Source: Longimicrobiales bacterium (GTDB taxonomy: Bacteria > Gemmatimonadota > Gemmatimonadetes > Longimicrobiales > Gaopeijiaceae). Taken from it: 64,000 nucleotides of DNA. A program made the position numbers and the translations under genes. Below, in pieces: positions 23,417 to 33,637 of the stretch; position 1 is the stretch's first letter; the number at the start of each line of letters is the position of its first letter. The notes below the pieces were generated by a model. It worked only from the letters and a program-made list of their open reading frames with translations, did no database searches and had not been told where the DNA came from. The stretch is from positions 96,001 through 160,000 of the forward strand of contig CBDANQ010000059.1 of assembly GCA_965197725.1 (NCBI GenBank). The letters are read 5' to 3'.

Positions 23417-25846
23417 TCACCTCACGAAGATCTCCATGATCTCCACCGGCACGGAGCTGCTGTTGTGGAACCCGTGTTGAGTGCCTGCCTCCATGAAATA
23501 GGGGTGCCAGGGTTGCACGTCCACGGACTGCCCTCCGTCCAGGTTCAGCTCCATCGGGCCCGAGATCGGAACGAACAAATGGAATTGGACCCCCGTGTGC
23601 GCGTGTATCACGCGTGTACCGCTGGGGTCCACGACGACGCGCAGGGCACGAACCTCAGGTTGATTGCGAAGCACGGCATTGCTGATTCCCACGTTGCCTT
23701 CGCTCGAGAGCGGGCGTAGTGGCGAGGAGCGATCGCCGATGATCGGCGGTGTCTGTGCCACCGGGGCCACGTCGGTTGGATTACCTAGCCGTCGAAGCAC
23801 ATCGCTCGCCTCGGCCTCGGCAATGATAGTCGCAGCATCCTCGGGAAGGAGATATCTCTCCGCAACCAGCTTCTCTGCCGCCGCCCGCACCGCAGCCATA
23901 TATCCCGCATGATTCTTGTAACGCTCCTCGAGCGACAGGCGCGGATCGCCGGTTGCGAGCCGTTCCGCACGGGTCTTCGGGAACGGACTGATAATGCCTC
24001 GGTTGTCGCAGAAGCCGCCCTCCGAGTAGCCCGCCGCCCTTTCGTTGAAACCGGTATAGGTGGCGGTCGGCGCCAGCAACAGGTTGGACCGAATGCCTCC
24101 CAGATCGTTACCGTCGGCGTCTACCTGCGGGACCAGGATCGGATACTCGCGAGAGATCCGGCGCGGCGGGTTTTCCGTGATGATGCCGGACACATCCTCG
24201 TGCCGGAAGTGGGGCCCGAAATCCAGGAGCTCGAACCGATTCACGAGCCCGGTATAGGTGATGCCCGGAATCGCCGGCCAGTCGACCTGCCCGAACGGCG
24301 AGTCGACCTGCGGAGAAACGAGCGTCCCATCGCGCAGCGTGGGCGTTTTGCTTGGGGGCGGCAGAATATTCTGCGTCACCCACTTGTGAAGCGCGTCGAA
24401 AGCGGCTCGCTGTGCATACCGCGAGTCATTGGGATTACCCGGGTACTTGCACTGCGGCGGCCCGCCACCGCTCCCGTGGGGCGTGCCCGCGACGAAGTAC
24501 ATGCGGACGTTCTCGGGCAACGGTAGATCCTTGGTCGCCAGTGCATCCGTCATGCTGGCGGACATCCGATGGTTGTAGAACTCGGATGACGTGAAGGTCG
24601 ACACGATTTTCGGGCAGGTATCCGACTTCATGCAGCGCGCGAGAATCCCACCCGTGCGACCCGTCAGAGGGTCGAATGTTGGCATCCAGGAAAGCGGGGC
24701 CTGATAACGCGGAAATAGATGCTGCGTGTGCTCGAACGGGGCGCGGCCCGGCTGCCCAAACCGCACGCTGAGCGGCTGTACGCCGGCCGCTTTCCTCACA
24801 TGCGCGCCGTCCGCCACCCGTCGTCCGTTTAGGTCCTCGTTGAAACCCAGGTGGATGAACGCCCGCAGGGCGGCCCCGGTTTGTGACGACCCCCAGATCT
24901 CGACGTTCTGGATCTGCCCGGCGAGCGGGTTCCGCGTGCCGGAGCCATCCGCCGCCTCCCGCCGGAAGAACGCGAGGAGGTCGCGAATCGCGGCGTATCC
25001 CAGCCCGAGTACGGTCGGGTTCTTGGCCGTGTAGATCAGCTCGTAGATGTGGTTGGTATCGAAACCGTCCTTCGGACAGATCATCGTGGTGCTGGGACGG
25101 CCGGGGAAGGGTACGTCTCTGCAGTCGGCGAACGCCCAGTCGGAATTTGGGATGAGTTGCCGCGCGTCGCCCTCACGGACTCGCTTGGTTAGCGTCGCAG
25201 TAGTGTTGTCCAGACTCACGGTCTCGTAGGGCCTTGTTCCCCTGGTGTAGGGCGCCTCGCTCAACGGAAGAGACTTGGCTGGCTCAGACTGAACGTACTC
25301 GGTTCGCACCTCGCCCGTGATTTCCGAGCCGTCGGGGTTTCTTGCCACCGGAACGTCGATGCTCAGCCGCCCATTGGTGCGCAGTATGTCGCCTTGCCAG
25401 GCGCTCCATAGAATGGCAAACCCCCTCTTCTCGAGGAACCCATCGCCCGGGCCGGTCGGCTCGTTGCGGCCCTCAACGCCGATGTTCCATTGGCCTTTGT
25501 TGCCCCGGTTGATCACGTTGTGGACGAGCGTGTGGTTGCCCTTGCTCATATCGACCGGTTTGATCAAGTAAAAATCCGTCACATACTCGACCCGCCCGCG
25601 CGCGTTCTTCGGCGCGAGCTCGATGTCCTGGATTCCGGCGTTCAGCGGATGCGAGGGGTCCACCTCGCCAAACGCGCGGCCTACCAGCTTTTCGTATTGG
25701 CCGACGTCGCCCAGTCTCTGCCCACCGTAGGTCGGAGACTCCACTCGATCGATCACGATCCGTGTAATCTGTGCCACCGCAACGACTGGCATCGCGAACA
25801 GAGCGGCCACTATCCAACAGATCAGTTTTGCTCGAATCGTTCGCAT
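23417..25846 (-). CDS. Secreted alpha/beta-hydrolase-domain protein with C-terminal cupin-like domain
   Basis: Signal peptide, GQYEKLVGRAFGEVDP, WGSSQTG nucleophile elbow, VPQVDADGNDLGGI, DPRLSLEERY; tail with HAH..HLFVP..GTQHGFHN. Confidence 0.8.
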   Translation of the reverse strand: MRTIRAKLICWIVAALFAMPVVAVAQITRIVIDRVESPTYGGQRLGDVGQYEKLVGRAFGEVDPSHPLNAGIQDIELAPKNARGRVEYVTDFYLIKPVDMSKGNHTLVHNVINRGNKGQWNIGVEGRNEPTGPGDGFLEKRGFAILWSAWQGDILRTNGRLSIDVPVARNPDGSEITGEVRTEYVQSEPAKSLPLSEAPYTRGTRPYETVSLDNTTATLTKRVREGDARQLIPNSDWAFADCRDVPFPGRPSTTMICPKDGFDTNHIYELIYTAKNPTVLGLGYAAIRDLLAFFRREAADGSGTRNPLAGQIQNVEIWGSSQTGAALRAFIHLGFNEDLNGRRVADGAHVRKAAGVQPLSVRFGQPGRAPFEHTQHLFPRYQAPLSWMPTFDPLTGRTGGILARCMKSDTCPKIVSTFTSSEFYNHRMSASMTDALATKDLPLPENVRMYFVAGTPHGSGGGPPQCKYPGNPNDSRYAQRAAFDALHKWVTQNILPPPSKTPTLRDGTLVSPQVDSPFGQVDWPAIPGITYTGLVNRFELLDFGPHFRHEDVSGIITENPPRRISREYPILVPQVDADGNDLGGIRSNLLLAPTATYTGFNERAAGYSEGGFCDNRGIISPFPKTRAERLATGDPRLSLEERYKNHAGYMAAVRAAAEKLVAERYLLPEDAATIIAEAEASDVLRRLGNPTDVAPVAQTPPIIGDRSSPLRPLSSEGNVGISNAVLRNQPEVRALRVVVDPSGTRVIHAHTGVQFHLFVPISGPMELNLDGGQSVDVQPWHPYFMEAGTQHGFHNSSSVPVEIMEIFVR

Positions 25847-26304
25847 CGGATTGCCTCCTAAAGTAGTGTCCGGTTACGCGATCGGTGTCTCCTCGCAAAT
25901 CATAGTAGGACATGATTCCTGCACCACAACCCAGAGAGCAACACGCCTGGGCACGCAGGATCAGGGCAACGAGGGTTGAGGGTGTGTACAGCGCCTGTCG
26001 GCCCGCCGGGTGTGGACCGAAGCGTACGAAACGGCCTATGAAACCTGGGAAAACAGCCCTTCAGTGACTCGCCTATGATCATTATTATGTTACCTTGAAC
26101 CCCGAAGAGAACCCGCTCCCCTTTGGAAATGCCATCCCTAGGACGGCGGGTCCGCCGGCTGTGTCGCACTGGGATGCTGCGATTGCCGAGTGTCAGAATA
26201 CCTGGTAGTATGCGCCTTCAGAGGCTATCCACCGGGCTCGAACACTACGTGGAACAAACGCAGAATGGGGAACTCGGCAGCAAGGGGAGCCCGATCGCCG
26301 TGAC

Positions 26305-27761
26305 GAAGGTGTCCCCGGCTCAGTTGAAGGTGGTGACTCCGAGGCTTTCGTGATTAACCTGCCATCTTCATTTCGGCAACCGGCTCGCGGTCATCGAGGT
26401 GAGCTTTGAGCATCCAGAGTTGGTCGAAGCCGACGATGCGTCGGTAGTTCTTCTCGGTCTCGACGAAGGAGGCAGCGGCCCATCTCAGTGCCATCGCTCC
26501 GTTCTTCCAGTTCGTCACCCTATAGGTCTTCTGCCTCACGCCTGCGTGGGTGCTGTCGATCAGGTTCGTGGTGCCGAGGCACTTCCTCAGCCGAGGCGGT
26601 AGCCCAAGCCGGTTGATTGTGAACATCTCACCCAGCCCCTCCCTCAGGCTCGCTGCGGCCGACGGCTGATCTCGTTCAAGCCACCGCGCGAGCTGCTCGA
26701 GTTTCTGCACGCCGTCCCTCGCATCGAGCTTCCATGCTGCGCGGATCGCGGCCTTCACCTGCGGGTGCTGATCCTTCGGTAGGTGAGCGAGCACGTTTCT
26801 GAGCTTGTGATTTCGGCATCTCTGGACCGAGTGGCCCGCGCCGAACACCTGAACAATCGCCTTCCGTAACGCCTTCGAGCCATCGATCACGAACAGGCGT
26901 CGACGCTCGGGGTCCAGACCCCGCTCGACCAGATCCTGCAGCAGGGCCGTCGTCACTTCGGTGTTCTCACTCGCTCCCTGCCGCATCCCCAGCACGTGCT
27001 TCTTGCCGTCCGTGTCCACGCCCACAGCCGCAAGTACATGGTGCGCACCGAGTTGGATACCGTCCAGGTAGATCACCAACAGATCCCATGCGTCCAGCCG
27101 CCGCTCCATCAGCTCCTTCAGCACGCGCTCCGACGCTTCGATCGTCTCGCGGCTCACCGACGACTTGCTCACCCCCACCGTGTCGGCCATCTCGCCGATC
27201 ACCTGGCCGTATTTCCGGGTGCTCACACCTGCCATCAGGATCTCCAACATTCGGTCCGCCATGGCGCCCGGCCTGCGCATCGCCTCGTACGCTGGCACCT
27301 CGACCTCGCCGCCCTGGCCGCCAGTCCGCTCACGCAGCCGAGGCCGCTGGATACGGACCTTTCGGTCCGACAGGTAGACCTGACCGCCCTGGCGGCCGTA
27401 CCAGACCGTCGCCCCCTCCTCGCGTGCCTTGCCCGATTGCTTCGGGCCCGCCACACCTTCGGCGCTCATCTCGAGTACCGCCTCGATCGTCGCTCGGCCC
27501 ATCACCTGGACGACTTCGTCGATCGCGAGCTCCGTGTGCTCTACGAGCTCGACCATCGGCAGCAGGAACTGGCCTTCTCGCTTCACGAACTCAGCCATCG
27601 CACGCCTGTCCGTGTCACTCGCTACTTCGTACGTTCTCTTCATCGTGGTGGCTCCGTTTTTGGGTTTTTAGCGCACCCGATCCTATCGGATCGGGCACCC
27701 TCGGAGCCACCACTTTTCTTTTCCCTCTTCAGGGACCTTCAACTACGGCTGGGTCAGCTTC
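26305..27761 (-). mobile_element. IS256-family element (transposase 26354-27643)
   Basis: GVSTRKY, IYLDGI, QRCRNHK, TTNLIDS; imperfect IRs GAAGGTGTCCCCGGCTCAGTTGAAG / GAAGCTGACCCAGCCGTAGTTGAAG; near-TSD GCCGTGAC/GACGTGAC (7/8). Confidence 0.93.
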
Positions 27762-27924
27762 GACGTGACCACGTAGCCCCATTCGACCACTTAGACCTAT
27801 CTGAATCGCGAAACCCTGCTCTCAGAATGCCGGGAGACACCGTGGAAGCGAAAAGGGCAACGACTTAGGAGGCGGGGGCCAATGGAAGAGAAACAAAGAG
27901 GCGGGGCCAAGCAAACAGAAACGC

Positions 27925-28365
27925 GTGCAGGATCCGAAGGCCCATGCCGGCGCCGTCGCAACGGCCAACTTGGTGGCGGTTTGGGCGAGACTATTCGATC
28001 GCAATCCAGGGGCGGTCGCAGTCATCCATTCCCAGATCGATGAGCGAATGAAGGGAAGAAGGCTCCCCGCGGGTGACGGGGAGCTATTGGCTCTGATCGC
28101 CGAGCTCCTGCCGGCTCTTCAGGAGTCCGAGGAAGTCCAAAAGGCACTTAAGAAGCTGGATTCTGACTATCATGTGCTCGCCGGCACCGACCCAGGGTCG
28201 CTGGAACGACGTCCGGAGGAGGAGAGGATCGTCGGCGACCCCCAGTTCCATCGCGTTGGTGCGGCCATCGCAATAGGTGGTACGGCGGGGGTGGTGCTCA
28301 TGCTAGCGCTCGGCGGCTACCTTCTGTACAGGGAGTTCAAGGAATCCTACGGTGACTCGGGCTGA
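27925..28365 (+). CDS. Hypothetical protein with C-terminal TM helix
   Basis: ORF with hydrophobic C-terminus; no recognised motif. Confidence 0.5.
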   Translation: MQDPKAHAGAVATANLVAVWARLFDRNPGAVAVIHSQIDERMKGRRLPAGDGELLALIAELLPALQESEEVQKALKKLDSDYHVLAGTDPGSLERRPEEERIVGDPQFHRVGAAIAIGGTAGVVLMLALGGYLLYREFKESYGDSG

Positions 28366-28372
28366 CCCCTCG

Positions 28373-28963
28373 CTATCGCATCTCCACTGCGGGGCGGAGG
28401 TACCGAACCGCCTCATCGCTGAAACGTAGCGGCAGTTTGGAGTAGTACGTCGTGTCACCCACGCGACGCGAATACTCGATACTGAAGTGTCCGGCGAGAC
28501 GATAGTCACGAATCCGACCTTCCAGAACGTCGCGTTGGCGATTCGGTGAAAGCAGTTTCGTCGTGGTCACGATCGAGTCGGCGGGAAGATCGACGATCTC
28601 GAGGGTAGGTCCGGCCTCCCTGAAGCACGGGTCGACGACGCAAATCGGAACCATCGTCTCGAGACCATAGAGCCGGCAGAACCACAGAGCGTCCTCGATG
28701 GTTCGGTCGCGTGGCCGCTCCGGGCCTCGGGGCGAAAGGACCACATCGACATCTGACGTCTCGCGGTTGGCTTCAAGCCGCGATCCGACCAGCCAGATCC
28801 TGAAACCCGCAAGCTCACGTGCCTCTCGAAACTTCTCGAGCATCTGCCGCACAGCGGTGTCGGTAACTGCGGTGGCACCGCGCGCGCGGGGCCCGAACAA
28901 GATCTGGTTCATCCGGCGAATCTCCAGCGTCATCGGGACGCCGTCGACAACGGAGTCCATATT
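28373..28963 (-). CDS. Hypothetical protein with pol-beta-type nucleotidyltransferase motif
   Basis: IWLVGSRLEANRETSDVDVVL (hGS-x9-DhD) and later VVDP; start uncertain (ORF open to 29122). Confidence 0.55.
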   Translation of the reverse strand, partial: NMDSVVDGVPMTLEIRRMNQILFGPRARGATAVTDTAVRQMLEKFREARELAGFRIWLVGSRLEANRETSDVDVVLSPRGPERPRDRTIEDALWFCRLYGLETMVPICVVDPCFREAGPTLEIVDLPADSIVTTTKLLSPNRQRDVLEGRIRDYRLAGHFSIEYSRRVGDTTYYSKLPLRFSDEAVRYLRPAVEMR

Positions 28964-29270
28964 CATCCGGAGAGAGCACCGGGGCCCGCCAGCCACCGTT
29001 GACAGGCAATCAATGCCTCGGCTAGCTTCGAACTGTGGTATTGAGGCGGCCAGCGCGTCGTTCTCAAAGTTCGGGGTGCGGGCTGATCTCCCGCCCCCCG
29101 CTTTTTTTTGCCCATGGCTCATCGCCTTCCCTCACCGCACCTCACATCGATCTCGGCAGACGACCCCAGATCGTGTCGAAATCAGCGAGGAAAAGGCCGG
29201 CCAATTTGGGGTTCTCCCTGACGAGAATGCGCTGCTCGGAATGTCGGGCGGTCGCATCCACGGACATGTT

Positions 29271-30541
29271 TGACCTGCCCCCAAGAGCGGGTACCACATC
29301 CTATGTTAGTCCCAGCACCTGTGGAGGGCCGTGAAGGACGGGCATCCTCAAGAACCAGGGCGACGGCTTAATCGCCTCAGGGGCCGGGGGAAAGCCGCCG
29401 CAGGCGCTGTGGGGTCGGACGGTATTGTACTCGCGCCTCCATTGCTCGACCAGCACGGCCGCCTCCGCCAACGAGTAGAAGATCTCCCCGTTCAACAGCT
29501 CGTCCCTGAGCTTGCCGTTGAAGCTCTCGTTGTAGCCGTTCTCCCACGGGCTGCCCGGCTCGATAAAGAGCGTCTCGACGCCCACGCGCCCCAACCACCG
29601 CCGCACGAGCTTCGCGCTGAACTCCGCTCCGTTGTCCGACCTCAGATACTCGGGAGGCCCGTGTCGGACGAACAGATCGGCCAGCACCTCGAGCACGTCG
29701 TGCGAGCGGATCTTGCGAGCCACCACGATCGCCAGGCACTCCCTCGTGTGCTCGTCCAGCACTGTCAGCAGCTTCAGCGCACGCCCGTCGTGCGTCCTCG
29801 AGGCCACGAAGTCGTACGACCAGACGTGGCCCCGATACAGCGGCCTCAGCCGGATGCACGATCCGTCGTTGAGCCACAGCCGACCTCGCTTCGGCTGCCG
29901 CTGCGGGACCTTCAGCCCCTCCTGCCTCCAGATCCGCTCCACCCGCTTGTGGTGCACCCCCCAGCCCTCGATGCGGAGCATGTCCGTGACGCGTCGGTAG
30001 CCGTAGCGGCCGAATCGACTCGCGAGTCGCACGATATCACCTCGGAGCGCCCCCTCGTCACTCGCCACTTTCCTCGCCCGGCGCTGGGTCGTGCGTGGCT
30101 GCCCGAGCACCCGGCACGCTCTCCTCTCCGACGCCCCGAGCTGCTGACGTACACGCACCACACAACGTCGTCGGCGCTCGGGGCTCAGAAGTTTCCCTCG
30201 GCTGCTTCCTCCAGGATCAGCTTGTCCAGTGTCAAGTCCGCCACTGCTCGCTTCAGGCGCCCGTTCTCGCGCTCGAGCTCCTTCAGGCGCCGTGCCTGGC
30301 TCACCTTCATCCCGCCGTACTCCCGCCTCCACCGGTAGTACGTCTGCTCGGTGATGCCGAGCTCCCGGCTGATCAGCTTCACGGATTTGCCGCGGGCCAG
30401 ACCGACCTCTGCCTCCCGCAGTGCAGTGATGATCTGCTCCGGAGTGGGTCGCTTCCTTCCCATCCTGACCTCCTCGCTGAAAAGCTTCAGACCAGCTCGA
30501 TCCTAACATTGCACCTGGTCTCGTTTCAGCGGGTCAGGTCA
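29271..30541 (-). mobile_element. IS3-family element type A, copy 2
   Basis: Near-identical to 19585-20856; orfA 30185-30463, orfB ends 29301; one substitution in the IR; no TSD. Confidence 0.95.
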
Positions 30542-30645
30542 TCGGCGGTCCTCCCACTCACGTCGCTGCGCAGGACGTTTCACCACTCCTCGTTGGTGAG
30601 CGAGTACGTGCCCGCACTCTCGAAGGTGCCACGCACGATGGCCTC

Positions 30646-31068
30646 GTGCGCACGATTGACGCGACCGAGTTGGGGCTCCAGATCGGCCAGGACGGGGGCG
30701 AACTGCTTCTTCTCCCGCTCACGTCACTCGAAACGCTCGAAGTGCACGGACGGACAAGTGCAGTGTGGAAGGGTGCCCGCATCGGAGCCTTGGTCGGCGG
30801 AGGTCTGGGAGCGATAGTCGCGGGGGTAATCATCGGTGAGGGTTGTGAAATCTCAACCAATTTCAGCACGGGTCAGCTCAGTTTTCCACATGACGAATCG
30901 TGCGAGGGCGAGGAGGTGGTCGTCCTTGTCGTCGGAGCCGCGATAGTGGCCCTCGCCTTTGGGGTCGTCGGTGCGGTCGTCGGGGCTCCGTTCAGGACCG
31001 ACAAGTGGGAAGAGCTGCCCCTGTCACCCCGACCGGACGTGCGGCTGAGGCGAAGCGGGCGACTTTGA
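30646..31068 (+). pseudogene. Membrane protein fragment, 5' end probably removed by the adjacent IS
   Basis: Gly-rich TM segments (GARIGALVGGGLGAI), ends TDKWEELPL; begins just after the IS end. Confidence 0.5.
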
Positions 31069-31115
31069 ATGGTCCGTATCGCTCGCTGTTGGGCACTAGC
31101 ACCGGGGATCTCGAA

Positions 31116-31529
31116 GTGAATAAGCCTGCCACACTACACCGCTACCGCCCGATGGTCCTCCTGATGCTGGTACTGCATCTCGCTGGATGTCACTCATGGC
31201 GCACCACGACGATCAGTCCAGCACAGCTCATTGCTGACGAGCAGCCGTCCACTGTGCGGGTCACGCTGACGGACGGCACGCAGGTGCGCCTGGATGGTCC
31301 GACTATCCGCAACGACTCCATCGTCGGAACAGCAGCGGTCCGTTCACCGGTGGTGATCTCTGATGTCAGCACCCTCGAAGTCCGGCACTTCAGTGTAGGG
31401 AAAACAATTGGGGCGTCTTTTGGGGGTTGGTGGGCATTGCCGTTGCCGCTGCCGCGATCTGCCTCACATATGACGATTGCGGGCCCCAAAATTGAAGGCT
31501 CAGATCCCCTGGCTTCGCGTCTTCGTTGA
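31116..31529 (+). CDS. Hypothetical lipoprotein-like protein
   Basis: LLMLVLHLAGC lipobox-like signal; VRVTLTDGTQVRL; start and C-terminus uncertain. Confidence 0.5.
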   Translation: MNKPATLHRYRPMVLLMLVLHLAGCHSWRTTTISPAQLIADEQPSTVRVTLTDGTQVRLDGPTIRNDSIVGTAAVRSPVVISDVSTLEVRHFSVGKTIGASFGGWWALPLPLPRSASHMTIAGPKIEGSDPLASRLR

Positions 31530-31993
31530 AGGCGTGGTGATCGGCCAGCCTCCCACGCGTACCCGGCCTCTTCTGCCTGAGGAACATCGCGTCCGCTCTA
31601 GGTAGCGCGTGTAAGCTGCACTTTTGTCCGGCCCTGTGGTGTGGGAGCGAGCCGGAGACCTTCCCAAGCGCCGCAGGCGCGCCAGCCCTCACGTGGAGGG
31701 GGACATATGGGACCCGTGGGGCGTGCATTGATACCGATCCCGCCCCGGTTTCGCTTGACTGCCCCCCGAGCTTGCGGATGAGTACCGGAAAGAGGAAGAA
31801 GCGGTAGCCTGCCGGGCCTGACACCACATCGGCCCGCCCTCGCGGAGATTGCCTCCGCACGCTCGCACCACTAAAGGACTGTTAATTAGGACGGCTTCCA
31901 TTCGAGAGTCGGCCCTACCGGCGTGTGCCTTCGAGCCCGCCGCGCTCGCCTCCCCCGGTCTTCTACCCCACCCACTTTGAAGGAGGAAGACCT

Positions 31994-32326
31994 ATGAGTA
32001 CGCCCGCGACGTTTATCGACTGGCTCCAGGAGACGCTCGACGCCGATCAGCTTGCCGACTTGGCGCGCTACGGAGCCGACACCGGCTGGCCCGGCCTGAC
32101 CTACACGACGGACTGCGTGGAACTGTACGACCGCCACGCTGACGAAATCCGCGAGGCCCTGAACGAGGACACTGAGTCGTTCGGGTATGATTGCCCGGAT
32201 GCGTTCGTGGCCACCTTCAACCGCTCCGACATGCTTTGGACCGAGGACGGGAGGAAGAACCTCCTCGTCTGGTACCTGGCGGAGAGAACGGCAAGGGAGA
32301 TCACTGACGCCTCTAGGACGCCCTGA
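31994..32326 (+). CDS. Small acidic phage/plasmid-type protein (110 aa)
   Basis: Strong RBS AAGGAGGA before ATG 31994; 23 D/E vs 9 K/R; GLTYTTDCVELYDRHADEI..KNLLVWYLAE. Confidence 0.75.
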   Translation: MSTPATFIDWLQETLDADQLADLARYGADTGWPGLTYTTDCVELYDRHADEIREALNEDTESFGYDCPDAFVATFNRSDMLWTEDGRKNLLVWYLAERTAREITDASRTP

Positions 32327-32633
32327 AGGGCCACGAGAGGCCCACGAGCCCGCAACACCCTTCCCCCCCCCGGCGAGAACGCCGAGGGCTTTTCAATCCC
32401 ATTCGAGACGCAGGGAGATAGAGAGATGAGCCGATCAAAGAAGCTGCCGAAGGTCCTGAGCCAGGAGGAGCAGGCCTCCTCCTGCGCACCGTCCAGATAG
32501 GTTTCAGGGAATCCCATAAGACAAGTGAAGTGGTTGTTAGGACATTACTTATGTTATACTGCCGTGTCAGGACGTTCGCCTTGTTCCACTACTGAAAGGG
32601 TGATCACCGGGGTGATCGCGAAAGGGTGATCAG

Positions 32634-33065
32634 ATGGGCCGACACGGCAAGAAGCTCACCGCCGCCTTCGTGCGAAGCGTCCATAAACCGGGCCTGTACT
32701 GGGACGAGCACGGACTCGTGCTCCGGGTCAAGCCGTCCGGATACAAGCAGTGGATCCAGCGGTTGTTCATCCACGGCAAGCGCCGGGAGTTGGGGCTCGG
32801 TCCCGTGCGGCTCGTCACGCTGGCCGAGGCCCGGGACGCGGCGCTGGCCAACCGCAAGGTGGCCCGTGCGGGTGGCGACCCCCGGGCGAAACAGCGTAGC
32901 GGCTTCCGTTCCAGCTTTCGCGACTGGGCGGCCGAGCGCACGGACGCGCCGCACGCGGTCATGGAGGCGGCGTTGGCGCACGCGGTCCGCAACAGGGTGG
33001 AGGCGGCCTACGCCCGCTCGGACCTGTTCGAGCGGCGGCGCGTGCTGATGGAGCAGTGGGCGCCC
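32634..33065 (+). pseudogene. P4-like integrase with large in-frame internal deletion
   Basis: Arm-binding N-domain (KLTAAFVRS..GLVLRV..RRELGLG..VTLAEAR) joined directly to the C-terminal GFRSSFRDWAAE..LAH..AAYARSDLFERRRVLMEQW. Confidence 0.85.
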
Positions 33066-33637
33066 CTTCGATCCCCCAGCTTCCCGTGCCGCTGCCGGGG
33101 CAGCGGTCGCGCGGCCGGTGCGGCCCCCCGAAACCCGCCGCCGGTGCGCCGATGGCTGACCCACCGCACCGCCATGGTCGCCGCTCGCGCCACGTCGGCC
33201 GAGCTCGCCAGCGGGCGGGCCAAGGCCGTGGCCATCGATAGCCGCATGATTGAGATGGCCGCGATCTTGCTGTTCACCGGGATTGGGACGAAGTCCGCCA
33301 ACCTGTAAGAGGCCGCGGGCGATATCGCCGACGTTGGACTGCCGGCGCCCGCACCGCTCGTGCGACGTGCCCGTCACCGTCAGCCAATTGAAGGCGCGGC
33401 TGCGGGTCACCTCGATGTCACGCCGGACGGCGAGGAGCCGGCCAAGCGTATGGGCCGAAGCCGGGGAGGCCCCGACCGACCGGCAGCCCGGCCCTCGACG
33501 CCTGGCATGAGGGAAGTTCGCTGGGCAGAGGTGGTGGGATCCGAACCGGCGGTTTAACGTTAGTGATGCGCGGCTGTCCACGCCGGTGGATAGACCGTCA
33601 CCCCACGACACATGACAGAAAAGAAGGAGTCGGTCTC

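Noticed and set aside
29301..30509. 402-aa ORF (also 52491-53699 and 19617-20750) as a single transposase
   Set aside because: It is the orfB frame extended upstream through orfA; the real product is most likely the OrfAB -1 frameshift fusion.
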